64,000 nucleotides of DNA from Bacteroidia bacterium (GTDB taxonomy: Bacteria; Bacteroidota; Bacteroidia; NS11-12g; UBA955). This document shows positions 49,085-59,252 of this stretch, piece by piece. The translations under genes were made by a program, and so were the position numbers. Position 1 is the stretch's first letter. Each line of letters opens with the position of its first letter. A model generated the notes under the pieces. The model made no database searches and had not been told where the DNA came from. It worked only from the letters and a program-made list of their open reading frames with translations. Location of the stretch: NCBI GenBank assembly GCA_044341025.1, contig JBIISM010000006.1, forward strand, positions 7,581 through 71,580, written 5' to 3'.

Positions 49085-50035
49085 TCAGTTAAGCCTTAAG
49101 GCAAAATATTTAACAAAATTGAATGAGGTGCTAGAAGAAGGAATGAATACTTTGGGATTCACCTTGTCGGAGGTCTGGGTTCTTACCCAAATAACATCGC
49201 CTGAAGTGCCTATATCGGCTATATTTACCGTGATACTGTGCCAATAATCTACATTGGTTCCTGATATCCCTTTTGAATTAAATGCATTGGTTTCTAATGC
49301 CATATTTTGAACCTTACTTGAATCGTAATTATTAGGGTTTAAAGAAAAATTGATATTGGTGCCAAAAAACTGATTGACAGGTGTTTTATCGTCGGTATAA
49401 GCCACCCAAATTTTTAAAGTGCTTGTTCCGCTTGGAACCACTAAAGGATTGTATCCATTTCTTGTAATGGGCGAACTAGATCCATTTGCAAAAGCTATTA
49501 AGCCTCCAATCTGAGGAATAAAATCGATGCTGTTGGCTGTATTTCCAAATTGGTCTTTGGCACCTGCGTTAATCCAATTGCTGATATTTTGAATGTACTC
49601 GTTTTTCTTAGCTTCCCAATCGCTGCCCGGATCGATGGTTAATGGCATAACGCCTTGGGATCCTGGAATAAAAACATTTAGTCGATGCAGCAACATGCTT
49701 TTAGCCGCATCGCCCGGAACCACACGCAAATTATACTGCGGATTATTCGGATCGGTATTGGTGCTAAGACGGTTAATTATCGAATTGTATGAACTTTCAA
49801 CCGAACGAAAATCAGGTTCAAAATTGCCATCGTGGCAACCACTGTTTGAACAGGTTGGCTTGAAAATATTTTTATGCAACCCTTCAATAGAGTTTGGGTC
49901 AATTGGTTTGTCGCTGAGCACAGGCCCTTTGTTGGTGTTGTCCCAATTGTCGTATGGATTTCTAGAGTTGGAACCCTTTTTACACGCAATTAAAGCCGTC
50001 AGAAGAAAAAGACTAAAAATAAATTTCATCTTCAT
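49085..50035 (-). CDS. Lipoprotein with a PSCyt1-like (Planctomycete cytochrome c-like) segment with a degenerate heme motif
   Basis: Lipobox LTALIACKK. The segment IFKPTCSNSGCHDGNFEP...NLRVVPGDAAKSMLLHRL resembles the PSCyt1 pattern C..CH...G.L.L...V.PG.P..S.L. However, the Cys spacing is CxxxxCH rather than CxxCH. Confidence 0.45.
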   Translation of the reverse strand: MKMKFIFSLFLLTALIACKKGSNSRNPYDNWDNTNKGPVLSDKPIDPNSIEGLHKNIFKPTCSNSGCHDGNFEPDFRSVESSYNSIINRLSTNTDPNNPQYNLRVVPGDAAKSMLLHRLNVFIPGSQGVMPLTIDPGSDWEAKKNEYIQNISNWINAGAKDQFGNTANSIDFIPQIGGLIAFANGSSSPITRNGYNPLVVPSGTSTLKIWVAYTDDKTPVNQFFGTNINFSLNPNNYDSSKVQNMALETNAFNSKGISGTNVDYWHSITVNIADIGTSGDVIWVRTQTSDKVNPKVFIPSSSTSFNFVKYFALRLN

Positions 50036-51372
50036 ATACGGTCAAATAAACTCATGGATTCAAAATCGATCAAACCGGCCGCTTTAACTTCGTCTTTAAA
50101 CCCTAAGATATCGGCAATGGTTAAAGCCATATCGGTTACTTTTCCTACAGGATTGGTTTCATTGCCTACTAAAAGATTAGAGGGTACATTTTGCCCAACC
50201 ATACCACCAAATACACGCAATGAATTGCTGTCTCCGTGGTCGTAACCATACCAATCATTCTCGTCTTGAATGGGGTTGTGCTGTAAGTTACGGCCACATT
50301 CTGGCGCAAAAGCCATAATGGTCTTGCCACTCATTTCAGGAATTTGGGTTTGTATGTAATTCCATAAAAAGCCCATGGCATGATCCGCTCTGTGCATGGC
50401 TTGCAAGTAGCCCGTATAATTGCCGTGGCATCCGTCAATATTGCTAAGGTTTACCACCAATAATTTTGGTTTAAACACGCGCAATACCTCTGCTGCATAG
50501 CCAATGGTTGAACCATCACCTCCTGAAACCGGCGGCATAGGCAATAAACCTGAGGCTTGTCTTTGAAACGTATTGGCTATAAATTCCTTGATTTGTGTCT
50601 TCTCATCGTCGGTATTCCTAATACCTGGCATATCTCCTTTTTTGATGTTAAAGGTATTGTCCAGAAAATTTTTCATTTTATAAACAGGCTCTAGCTCTTC
50701 TTGTGGATGGTAAATTTTAGCGTTAGAAAGCGCTGCATACCCATCGCTTCCAAAGGTTATTCCCGGAGCGAAAAAATTAGCGCCATATTGCAAACCAAAA
50801 TCTGGATGCTTGCTCGAATTTAACAAGGGAACGGAATTGGATATGGTGTTGCCAATAAACCAAGTTTCGGTGGCTTTAAACCCACCAAATCGCCTTGCAT
50901 ATTCAAAAATTGTTGGGTTCATCGGTCTAACTTTCAAACCCTGGCCCTGCACTCTGCTGCCCGTAATCAATGAATTCAAACCACCATAATGCCCTCCAGA
51001 TATGGCCCGCATTTCTTGAAAAATAGTGCCTTGTTTTTGCAAAGACTGTGAAAGAATTCTTGGAATGGGTTGGCTGCCATTAGTCTGTCCTGCCGGTGTC
51101 AGTCCATAGGCTATTTTAGATGCAGGGGCAGCGCCTTCAAGCATATTGTACAAAATATTCCCTTCAACATTATAGCCTTGGCTATCGGCCAAGTAACGCT
51201 GTAAAATGGAGTCTTGTTGACGCAATCCGCCTCCGAATATCACCAACACCACATGGTCGGCTTTGGGTGCATTGGTCCGGGCAAACAAACGTCCCGAAGG
51301 AAGGATGTAGGGCAAGACCATACCGCCTGCGGCAAGTGTTGCTGATTTGATGACAAATTCTCTTCTTTTCAT
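50032..51372 (-). CDS. DUF1501 family protein (alkaline-phosphatase/sulfatase-like fold) with twin-arginine signal
   Basis: Tat motif in MKRREFVIKSATLAAGGMVL. DUF1501 blocks are present: HVVLVIFGGGLRQQD, LLVVNLSNIDGCHGNY and IMAFAPECGRNL...GYDHGD...VFGGMVGQN (the SEFGR...GTDHG-like region). Confidence 0.7.
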   Translation of the reverse strand: MKRREFVIKSATLAAGGMVLPYILPSGRLFARTNAPKADHVVLVIFGGGLRQQDSILQRYLADSQGYNVEGNILYNMLEGAAPASKIAYGLTPAGQTNGSQPIPRILSQSLQKQGTIFQEMRAISGGHYGGLNSLITGSRVQGQGLKVRPMNPTIFEYARRFGGFKATETWFIGNTISNSVPLLNSSKHPDFGLQYGANFFAPGITFGSDGYAALSNAKIYHPQEELEPVYKMKNFLDNTFNIKKGDMPGIRNTDDEKTQIKEFIANTFQRQASGLLPMPPVSGGDGSTIGYAAEVLRVFKPKLLVVNLSNIDGCHGNYTGYLQAMHRADHAMGFLWNYIQTQIPEMSGKTIMAFAPECGRNLQHNPIQDENDWYGYDHGDSNSLRVFGGMVGQNVPSNLLVGNETNPVGKVTDMALTIADILGFKDEVKAAGLIDFESMSLFDRI

Positions 51373-51381
51373 AGGTTTGAT

Positions 51382-51885
51382 TTAATAGAACATATATTCA
51401 TCGGATGCGGCAAACGCTGTGTAAACGAGCTCCGGTCTAAAATTAGGATTGGATTTATTGGCGTTTATAAAATTGGTAAACCAAGTTTTCTCTGCCTCGG
51501 TTGGTCTGCGGATAAAAAACCGGATAAAGGTTTCTTCAATAAACCTTTCGGTGCTGTCTGTCATCATTTTACGGCTTGGCAATTTGACATTTGCACTATT
51601 CATGTAATTGCTAATGATAACTTCATTGATTAGCGCCTTATCACCACAGCTTTGCATAACCCTATCGATGCGACTCAGTTCATTGATTGAAGAAGGCCTT
51701 TGAAATAAATTGGTTCTTAAGATGCTGTGAAATTCTATGTTTGATTTCGATTTATCTTTATCTAAATTATTCCCATAGGTATTGGTATCAATTACTTCGT
51801 AGTTATTGTTATCCTTTTTTTTGCAGGCCGAAAGCCCAATCAAAAACAGCAGGAAAAAAGCCAGTTTAAAAGTGTGCATATTCAT
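51382..51885 (-). CDS. Lipoprotein with DUF1549/DUF1800-like L-x-x-R-x-P-T-x-x-E motif
   Basis: Lipobox LIGLSACKKK. It carries the motif FFIRRPTEAEKTWFTNFI, related to the motifs in the upstream gene. Its start overlaps the upstream gene by 20 nt. Confidence 0.5.
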   Translation of the reverse strand: MNMHTFKLAFFLLFLIGLSACKKKDNNNYEVIDTNTYGNNLDKDKSKSNIEFHSILRTNLFQRPSSINELSRIDRVMQSCGDKALINEVIISNYMNSANVKLPSRKMMTDSTERFIEETFIRFFIRRPTEAEKTWFTNFINANKSNPNFRPELVYTAFAASDEYMFY

Positions 51886-52777
51886 CGCTTGTTAAAATAT
51901 TTTCTTGTACGTTTTGTAAACTCTTATCGGTGTAAAAATCCAATATCAGGTTATATGTCTCTTGGGTTGTTGGTTCTCTGCCCACTAAAGTTAAATAGCA
52001 CCATTTGATCATCCCTTCGTAGTACTCTCGAGAATTGCAAAGCATTTGGCAATAAGAGGGTTTGTTGTCAGCAAAAGCACCAAACAAACTACCGCCTTTT
52101 CCAGATTCTATTATGGGATAAGAAATTGCGAATTCATCGCGGGTTGGAAAACGGAAGAACAAATCATCGAACGATGCATTCACAAAATTCAAGGTATTCA
52201 TATTGATGACGTCGTAAATTGGATTATCCAACATGGCGGCATACATGTCGGAAATGCCAATAATGCCTAACTGATAAAGCCGTCTCGATTTCAGAACATT
52301 TTGACAACGGTTAATAGTCACCATGGCAGAAAACACCCCTACAGAATCGCCGTTTAGTCGGGATACCAGAACAGCAAACTGGGCATTGCCAATTGCTCCG
52401 TAAAACTCCTCTTCTCCAGCGCCTTCTAATAGCCGTGCTTTACTTAAATCGTATAGTCTTTGGTAGTATGCTTTTTTATAAGACGAATCACCTGGCACAT
52501 AAATAGAATCCGTCATGAGTCTTTTAATCAATGACTTTCGAACACCATAGTTTAAATCACCGCCACGCAAAACCGCCACGTCTCTAATGACTTCGATGTC
52601 GAGCGGTTCGCGCCCCAACAAATCAATGTACAATCGGTTGATGTAATTCTCTACTTTAACCGTTGGAACATCGTCGTAATTTTTGGGCGTATTGTTAGGT
52701 ACAAGAACCTCTTTATTCTTACAAGAAACAAGCATTAATAGAAAAATAAAAAATAACCACTGTCTGTTTTTGTTCAT
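51866..52777 (-). CDS. Lipoprotein with repeated DUF1549/DUF1800-like L-x-G-R-x-P-T-x-x-E motifs
   Basis: Lipobox LMLVSCKNK. Two copies of the motif are present: YIDLLGREPLDIEVIRDV and YLTLVGREPTTQETYNLILDFY. This is the first gene of the operon. Confidence 0.5.
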   Translation of the reverse strand: MNKNRQWLFFIFLLMLVSCKNKEVLVPNNTPKNYDDVPTVKVENYINRLYIDLLGREPLDIEVIRDVAVLRGGDLNYGVRKSLIKRLMTDSIYVPGDSSYKKAYYQRLYDLSKARLLEGAGEEEFYGAIGNAQFAVLVSRLNGDSVGVFSAMVTINRCQNVLKSRRLYQLGIIGISDMYAAMLDNPIYDVINMNTLNFVNASFDDLFFRFPTRDEFAISYPIIESGKGGSLFGAFADNKPSYCQMLCNSREYYEGMIKWCYLTLVGREPTTQETYNLILDFYTDKSLQNVQENILTSDEYAHF

Positions 52778-52891
52778 AGGTCAAACTGAATTTTATTCTT
52801 TCCTAATTACAAACGTATGGAATTATTTTAAGATAAACAAATTACTGAAAGAAAACCATTTGTATAAACAACTGATTTTTAGAAAATAAGC

Positions 52892-52919
52892 AAAAGGAGC
52901 AGTTTTAAATACTCCTTTT
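52892..52919 (-). terminator. Hairpin terminator downstream of the E1 alpha/beta gene
   Basis: Stem AAAAGGAG / CTCCTTTT with a 12-nt loop. On the minus strand it is followed by the T-rich stretch TTGCTTATTTTCT. Confidence 0.35.
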
Positions 52920-52934
52920 ATTGGGAAATATTTT

Positions 52935-55016
52935 TTAGCTGTACAGCAATTCTTCAATTGCCTTGGCAACTTTATCTGCATTTGGCAACATTTCTTTTTC
53001 CAAGCCGATGTTCAAAGGAATTGCTGGCAAGTTGGCCGAGCCTATAGTTTCTACAGGTGCATCCAAATACTTAAAACAGTTCTTCTGGATACGTCCTGCT
53101 ATGGCTTCGGCAAACGAATTTTTCAAAGTCTCTTCTGTCAAGACCATTACTTTTCCGTGTCTTTTTGCTGAAGCATAGATGGCCTCATCGTCACAGGGAT
53201 TCAAGGTTCTTAAATCCAATATTTCTACATTGCCTTCAAATTGCTTAGACGCATTTAAGGCCCAATGCACACCCATTCCGTAGGTAATAATAGCCATCGA
53301 TTCTCCATACTTCAAAGCTTTTTCTGAGGCTTCTTGCACAATACGCGCTTTACCCAAAGGCACCACATAATCTTCAGATGGCTCTGGGCATTTAGCGGCA
53401 TCGGTTCCAGGAACTTTGCTCCAATACAAGCCTTTGTGTTCAAACATCACCACAGGATTTGGATCGTAGAATGCGGCTTTTAGCAAACCTTTCATATCGG
53501 CGGCATTGCTTGGGTACACCACCTTAATGCCTTTAATTTGTAAAATGCTGCTTTCAACCGTTCCAGAGTGGTAAGGACCTCCACCACCATAAGCCCCTGT
53601 TGGTATTCTTATTAACGATTGAATTGGAAACTTTCCGTTCGATAAATAACAGCTCTTAGACAGTTCTTCCACCAATTGGTTGATGCCCGGCCATATATAA
53701 TCGGCAAATTGAATTTCAACAATTGGCTTGCAACCAACAGCGCTCATTCCGGCTGTTGAACCAACAATATAGGCTTCCTGAATTGGCGTGTTAAACACCC
53801 TGTCTTTTCCATATTTTTTTGCTAAAGTGGCCGCTTCTCTAAACACACCACCCAAGCGCACGCCAACGTCTTGTCCATACAACAAGGCTTCTGGATGCTT
53901 ATTTAAAATCTCATCACAGGCAAACAAAGCAGCATCCACCATAACGATGGGTTCTCTGCCCTCTGGAGATCGAGTTCCTTGTTCTTCTGTTATCGGGCTT
54001 GGGGCAAATTCATGCAAATACAAGGTTTCTGGCGCAGGATCAGCTGCATCTACAGCGCGCGCAAAACTGTCGTCAATAAACAGCCGAGCATCTTTTTGAA
54101 TTTGGTCTAAGCTCGATTCTGAAACCGCCAAATCTAACAATACATTTCTTAGTTTTGGATACGGATCGTCTTTTAAATCGATTTCCAAATCGTCTCGGTA
54201 CCATTCGCTTCTAACGCCACTTGTGTGATGACCGAGTAAGGGCACCTTGGCATGAAGCAACATTGGTTTTCTGTTTTTACGCACCCAGTCTATGGCAGAC
54301 TTCATGTCTTCGTAGCTTTCTACAAAATCGCTTCCGTCGGTACGAGCGCGTTTAAGACCTTTGAAACCGGCGGCAAATTCATAGGCATCCATGGCGCGCA
54401 TTTCGTCGCCACTGGCAGAAATACCCCAATCGTTGTCTTGCACCAAATACAAAATTGGCAGTTCTTTCAAAACCGCCATTTGTAAAGCTTCACTCACCTC
54501 CCCTTCGGTCATACTGCCGTCTCCTATGCTGCATAAAACAATTGGTTTTTCAGCGGTGGTAATTAAGTTTTGTGACTCCTTGTATTTGATAGCATGGGCC
54601 ATGCCCGTGGCAGGAATGGCTTGCATACCGGTTGCACTACTTTGGTGGGGCATGGTAGGCATGTTGTCGCGCCTTAAGGAAGGATGCGAATAATAAGTAC
54701 GTCCACCTGAAAAAGGATCATCGGCTTTGGCCAAAAGCTGCAACATCAATTCGTAAGGCTCCATTCCCATTGACAGGAGCAAACTCTCGTCGCGGTAATA
54801 AGGCGCAGCGTAATCTATTGATTTCAACAAAAAACCGCAAGCAATCTGAATGGCTTCATGGCCTTTACTGGTTGAATGCACATATTTTGTAATCGGCCTA
54901 TTTTCATCGTATACATCAGCCATTGCTCTGGCTTTGCAAATGAGGGTATAAGCCTCTAATAATGTTTCTTTGGTTACCATTTCGCGTTCACTCTTATCAT
55001 CAAAAACGATTTGCAA
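52935..55016 (-). CDS. Fused alpha/beta TPP-dependent 2-oxoacid dehydrogenase E1 component
   Basis: The N-terminal half is E1-alpha-like, with a TPP-binding GDG...NN region (SIGDGSMTEGE...VQDNDWGIS). The C-terminal half is E1-beta/transketolase-like. At 693 aa it matches the fused Bacteroidota form. Confidence 0.85.
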   Translation of the reverse strand: MQIVFDDKSEREMVTKETLLEAYTLICKARAMADVYDENRPITKYVHSTSKGHEAIQIACGFLLKSIDYAAPYYRDESLLLSMGMEPYELMLQLLAKADDPFSGGRTYYSHPSLRRDNMPTMPHQSSATGMQAIPATGMAHAIKYKESQNLITTAEKPIVLCSIGDGSMTEGEVSEALQMAVLKELPILYLVQDNDWGISASGDEMRAMDAYEFAAGFKGLKRARTDGSDFVESYEDMKSAIDWVRKNRKPMLLHAKVPLLGHHTSGVRSEWYRDDLEIDLKDDPYPKLRNVLLDLAVSESSLDQIQKDARLFIDDSFARAVDAADPAPETLYLHEFAPSPITEEQGTRSPEGREPIVMVDAALFACDEILNKHPEALLYGQDVGVRLGGVFREAATLAKKYGKDRVFNTPIQEAYIVGSTAGMSAVGCKPIVEIQFADYIWPGINQLVEELSKSCYLSNGKFPIQSLIRIPTGAYGGGGPYHSGTVESSILQIKGIKVVYPSNAADMKGLLKAAFYDPNPVVMFEHKGLYWSKVPGTDAAKCPEPSEDYVVPLGKARIVQEASEKALKYGESMAIITYGMGVHWALNASKQFEGNVEILDLRTLNPCDDEAIYASAKRHGKVMVLTEETLKNSFAEAIAGRIQKNCFKYLDAPVETIGSANLPAIPLNIGLEKEMLPNADKVAKAIEELLYS

Positions 55017-55289
55017 TGTTACAAAAATAAACCCAAATAAAGCGCCTTTAGCCCTACTTCTTATGGACTTTTAATCTCCTTAATGCAATTAATCCTGATT
55101 ATTTTATGCAATTTCATTAATATTCAAGTTATTGCCAATAACACCTTTTCAAACAAGTTCAATATCTTTATTAAAAACATTGAAAGTTTAAACTCAAAAA
55201 ATATTCGATTCTGAACGCCCTTTTCTTTAATTTTGCATTCAGAAATCTAATTAGGGTTTCAAATAAGAACAAGAACAACAATTTAATTT

Positions 55290-55835
55290 ATGGATTATAC
55301 CAACAAAGAAGAAGGTCTATACGCAGAAATGCAGACCAACAAAGGCACCATAGTGCTGCAATTAGAACATTTAAAAACACCTCTTACCGTTGCCAATTTT
55401 ATTGGCTTGGCTGAAGGAAAAATCCAAAACAAAGCGAAAGAAATGGGCGTTCCATACTACGATGGCATTATCTTTCACCGTGTAATCAATGATTTCATGG
55501 TTCAAGGTGGCGACCCTTATGGCGATGGACGTGGCGGACCTGGCTACAGATTCAAAGACGAGTTTCACCCATCATTAATGCACACTGAACCAGGCATATT
55601 GAGTATGGCAAATGCTGGTCCTGGAACCAATGGCAGCCAATTTTTCATCACCCACGTTCCTACCCCATGGTTGGATGGCAAGCACAGTGTTTTCGGTAAA
55701 GTTATTGAAGGCATGGACATTGTTAACAGCATCGTTCAAGGCGATAAAATCGAAAAACTTAGCATCGTAAGACACGGCGCTAGCGTGGCTTCTTACGACG
55801 CTACGGCTATAGCAACGCCAGCAGCTTTTATGTAA
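55290..55835 (+). CDS. Peptidyl-prolyl cis-trans isomerase (cyclophilin type)
   Basis: The stretch [14 protein letters not shown]...[17 protein letters not shown] is a cyclophilin signature. Confidence 0.9.
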   Translation: MDYTNKEEGLYAEMQTNKGTIVLQLEHLKTPLTVANFIGLAEGKIQNKAKEMGVPYYDGIIFHRVINDFMVQGGDPYGDGRGGPGYRFKDEFHPSLMHTEPGILSMANAGPGTNGSQFFITHVPTPWLDGKHSVFGKVIEGMDIVNSIVQGDKIEKLSIVRHGASVASYDATAIATPAAFM

Positions 55836-55855
55836 GCTAAAATATTATTAATTTA

Positions 55856-55887
55856 AAAAGCCCCGAAGTATTTCGGGGCTTTTTTTG
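55856..55887. terminator. Bidirectional rho-independent terminator between the convergent PPIase and TonB-C-like genes
   Basis: Stem AGCCCCGAA / TTCGGGGCT (9 bp, GC-rich) with loop GTAT. It is flanked by an A6 run upstream and a T7 run downstream, so it can terminate on both strands. Confidence 0.8.
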
Positions 55888-55893
55888 TGATTT

Positions 55894-56457
55894 TTATTTC
55901 ATCGACGAAATAATCCACAATGTAACAGCAACCAAAATGGTTCCGGCCATAATAAATATTTTAATTTCCTTGGTCTTGTCGGTATACTCCACCCTGTTGC
56001 TGTTCATGGTAATTTGCACTGGCGGAAAATCATTAACAGGTTTAATGGATAAATTATAAACCATCAAGGTTTTCTTTTTCTTGCCTTGCAAAAGGCCCGG
56101 CAACCATTTCGGCATGCTGCTTACAATGCGCTCAAACTCACTTGAAACAATGGCATTGCTGCCCGACAAGTGCGTGTACTCGGATACCGAGCCATCTTTG
56201 TTCACAAAGAATGAAAATTTGATGGTTTCTCCAGTAAATTCAAGACTTTGTGCATTGGTTCTTAAATTAAAACGCGTTTCAATAAACCTGAAAAAATCTT
56301 GATCGCCACCCTCGAAAATTGGTGAGCGGGTAATGGTGTCTTCGGGCGCGATGTAGCTCGAAGTATCCACATTGTTGCGAAACACTTCAACTTGAGCGCT
56401 AAGCAATACGCCCTTTGAGAATAAAATTATAAGCCCTAGTTTCTTTAATGAAATCAT
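55894..56457 (-). CDS. TonB C-terminal-domain-like protein (energy transducer TonB family)
   Basis: The N-terminus is hydrophobic. The segment SPIFEGGDQDFFRFIETRF is typical of Bacteroidota TonB-C domain proteins. A C-terminal TM segment is present. Its start overlaps the upstream T9SS cargo gene stop by 4 nt. Confidence 0.5.
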   Translation of the reverse strand: MISLKKLGLIILFSKGVLLSAQVEVFRNNVDTSSYIAPEDTITRSPIFEGGDQDFFRFIETRFNLRTNAQSLEFTGETIKFSFFVNKDGSVSEYTHLSGSNAIVSSEFERIVSSMPKWLPGLLQGKKKKTLMVYNLSIKPVNDFPPVQITMNSNRVEYTDKTKEIKIFIMAGTILVAVTLWIISSMK

Positions 56458-59252
56458 TGCTTCACAAACACCTGCGGCTTATGGTTTTGTATACTCAATA
56501 AATATAAGCCTACAGGCAATTCACTTAAATTCAGGCCCGATTCCAACAATTCTGTATTGAAGATATTTTGCATTAAAAGCATACCAGTTAAACTGTAAAC
56601 TTTAAAGTTCAAACCATCCAAATCCATATCAGATTCGATGTGTAAATTGTTTTGTGTAGGATTAGGAAACAGTTTTAATCCAGCTTGATTGTATTGGGTT
56701 TCGATTCCACTTGGATCAACTTGCACCTCAACCAAAGTTGAATCTTTACAGCCATTGCTCAAAGAGGTCATAACCAAACGGATGGTATACTTACCCGTAT
56801 TGGCATATCGATGGGTTACATTGCTGTTATTGCTCGTTGTTCCATCTCCAAAATACCATTTAATGCTCGCGCCAGAACTGTTGATTGGCGATACACGCAC
56901 TTGCTGCCAGGTTAAGACTTCAAATGAAAACCCACTAAATGGCACTGGCTTTACCAAAGGTTGAACCGAAGACATTGGACCAATACAGCCGGCGTATGCT
57001 GGTCGAACAAAATATTTTCTGCCACCATTTAATGTTGGCGTCTTAAAAGTATTTCCTGATCCTAAGGCAATTGTGGAGGTATCTGCATCAAACCAAAGCA
57101 TGCTTCCCTTTCCTGTGAATTTAGATTTTAAGGTAGCCGGATTTTTTGCACAAATGGTATCACCCCATACCTTAATAATTGCAGGATAGGTATTTACCAA
57201 GGTGCTAATTTTTGTTCTGTTCGGATTGACACAAACAGAGCTAACTGTTTCAATGTAGTAATCGGTGCTGCTTGTTGGCGCAGAAGTATATTGGCTTCCT
57301 GTATGTAATAAGTTTCCAGATGTTTGTGCGTCATACCAATTGGCTTCACCGAAGTTCAAGGCAAAGCCAACACGGGCTGAATCGCCTTTGCAAATGGTGT
57401 CTGTTAGGATTTTGCTGATGCTAGGATAATCTTCCACAGTAACATTAATTGGCACCCTGGTGCTTCCGCAAACCCCATTAAAGGCATCTGCGTATAAGGT
57501 TTTTATTTCGCGTTTTGTTGGCAAGAAATAGTAGATTTTGCCTGCTTGTATGCTGCTGCCTCCGCTGGCCACATCGAACCAACGCACGGCCAAACTAGAA
57601 CCCACAGTTGCCATTAATGCAATTGCATTCCCAGAGGCTAGACACACCGTGGTATCATTTGACATAATTGGTGCCGTTGGGGCAAAATTAGACCCCACCA
57701 AAGCCCTTACCAATTTCTTAGGATTTAAGGCACAACCATTGTTGACCGCTTGAACATAGAAACTTGTGTCATTGCTCAATACAGGTGTTTGGTATACATT
57801 GCCAGAATAAAAAGGCAAAGGCGCATTTTGATTGGAATACCACTGAATGGTTCCAATATCAGACAAAGCTTTTAAGTTGGCTTTAGAACCTGCGCAAATT
57901 GAATCATTCACCACATTACAATAGCTTGGATAATCATTCACTTTTATGATGATCGTGCGCAACCCACTCATACAACCATTGTTGTTGGCCCTTAAATAAA
58001 AGGTGTCGTTTTGGATTAATGGATATTTTAAATACGTTTTACCTGTAAAAAAAGGCGTACTTGAATTTGGCTTTGCCAACCATTCAAAGGCTACCCCAGG
58101 GTCGGAGCTTATGGCTAAAAACTGAGCCGTATCGCCTTTGCAAACATTGGTTAAGCCCGAAAAAGTTGGGATATCAGGTTTGAATGACAATGTTTTGATG
58201 CTGGTATCAGAACAACCATACTGCATAGATCCTTTATAGCCATAGATGGTCGAAATTAAGCGTACCTGATAATTTTGCTTGCTGCTGTATTTTACCTTGT
58301 TGTCAACGGTGTATTGAGATCCTGAAAAATTACCCAAATCCCACAAATGACAGAAATATCCTAAATTGTAGCGCAGGTATCTGTTGTACATTTTACTACC
58401 AGCCAAATTATATGGTGCAGCATTGGTAAATTTAATAGAATCGTTGATGTTGTAGCAATTGTTCTTGATTGTAAAATCAGTACCAAAATTGTATTTCACA
58501 TGGGGATGTAAAAGGATGTCGCAGTCAAATGGGGAACCGCCAATATTTAAATTTCTACCGCTATACCATAAGCCGCTAATTGAACCGCAATTTAAATTTT
58601 CACGTGCACCATCTCTGCTGGTATAACTATTGGTTACCACACCACAGGTCAAGGTATCATCGTTGGTTTCTACCGTTATAATGTAATTACTATCCAAAGT
58701 AATTGAAGACCATTTTGCATGTTTTTCAATCACAGTTAACACACCACCACCGAGCGTTGAATCGATGTTCATTGAATCCACACGCAAGGCTGCACCTCTT
58801 GGCAAACTGTCTAAACCGGCCTTGTACAATTTGCAATAAATCTTCATTTTTTTAGACGTCTTAAATGAAGGCAGGACAAAGGCGTAAAAAGTGAAACCAG
58901 TTACAGAAAGAGATTTTGGACAGGAGTATAATTGGCCCAATGAACGGCCTTTTCCAACAGTAATTGTCACTAAGCTACTTGCTTTATATCTTGGATACTC
59001 TATGGTATCTTTAGAACAAGCTGTTGGCTTCTGAATACTTCTTTTTGCAGAACTGTTATTAACGCCGACCTTAGCGATATTATCGGTAATTTTAATGTTT
59101 ACAGGCTGCAGCTGTCCATAAGACAAAGGAGCAAGTAGTATTAACAAAGATAAAGTGAAGTAATTTTTAAGCATAGAAGTAAAATTATTAACGAATCTAT
59201 AATTAAAAAAACAATTTACCAAACAATCAATGTAAAATTTCATTGATGGCAC
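56454..59252 (-). CDS. Large secreted protein with PKD domain and T9SS type A C-terminal sorting domain
   Basis: The likely start is MLKNYFTLSLLILLAPLSYGQ at 59174. PKD motif IKWYFGDGTTSNNSNVTHRY. The C-terminus LKLFPNPTQNNLHIES...VYSLTGMLL...GLYLLSIQ is type A CTD. Confidence 0.75.
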   Translation of the reverse strand: MPSMKFYIDCLVNCFFNYRFVNNFTSMLKNYFTLSLLILLAPLSYGQLQPVNIKITDNIAKVGVNNSSAKRSIQKPTACSKDTIEYPRYKASSLVTITVGKGRSLGQLYSCPKSLSVTGFTFYAFVLPSFKTSKKMKIYCKLYKAGLDSLPRGAALRVDSMNIDSTLGGGVLTVIEKHAKWSSITLDSNYIITVETNDDTLTCGVVTNSYTSRDGARENLNCGSISGLWYSGRNLNIGGSPFDCDILLHPHVKYNFGTDFTIKNNCYNINDSIKFTNAAPYNLAGSKMYNRYLRYNLGYFCHLWDLGNFSGSQYTVDNKVKYSSKQNYQVRLISTIYGYKGSMQYGCSDTSIKTLSFKPDIPTFSGLTNVCKGDTAQFLAISSDPGVAFEWLAKPNSSTPFFTGKTYLKYPLIQNDTFYLRANNNGCMSGLRTIIIKVNDYPSYCNVVNDSICAGSKANLKALSDIGTIQWYSNQNAPLPFYSGNVYQTPVLSNDTSFYVQAVNNGCALNPKKLVRALVGSNFAPTAPIMSNDTTVCLASGNAIALMATVGSSLAVRWFDVASGGSSIQAGKIYYFLPTKREIKTLYADAFNGVCGSTRVPINVTVEDYPSISKILTDTICKGDSARVGFALNFGEANWYDAQTSGNLLHTGSQYTSAPTSSTDYYIETVSSVCVNPNRTKISTLVNTYPAIIKVWGDTICAKNPATLKSKFTGKGSMLWFDADTSTIALGSGNTFKTPTLNGGRKYFVRPAYAGCIGPMSSVQPLVKPVPFSGFSFEVLTWQQVRVSPINSSGASIKWYFGDGTTSNNSNVTHRYANTGKYTIRLVMTSLSNGCKDSTLVEVQVDPSGIETQYNQAGLKLFPNPTQNNLHIESDMDLDGLNFKVYSLTGMLLMQNIFNTELLESGLNLSELPVGLYLLSIQNHKPQVFVKQ

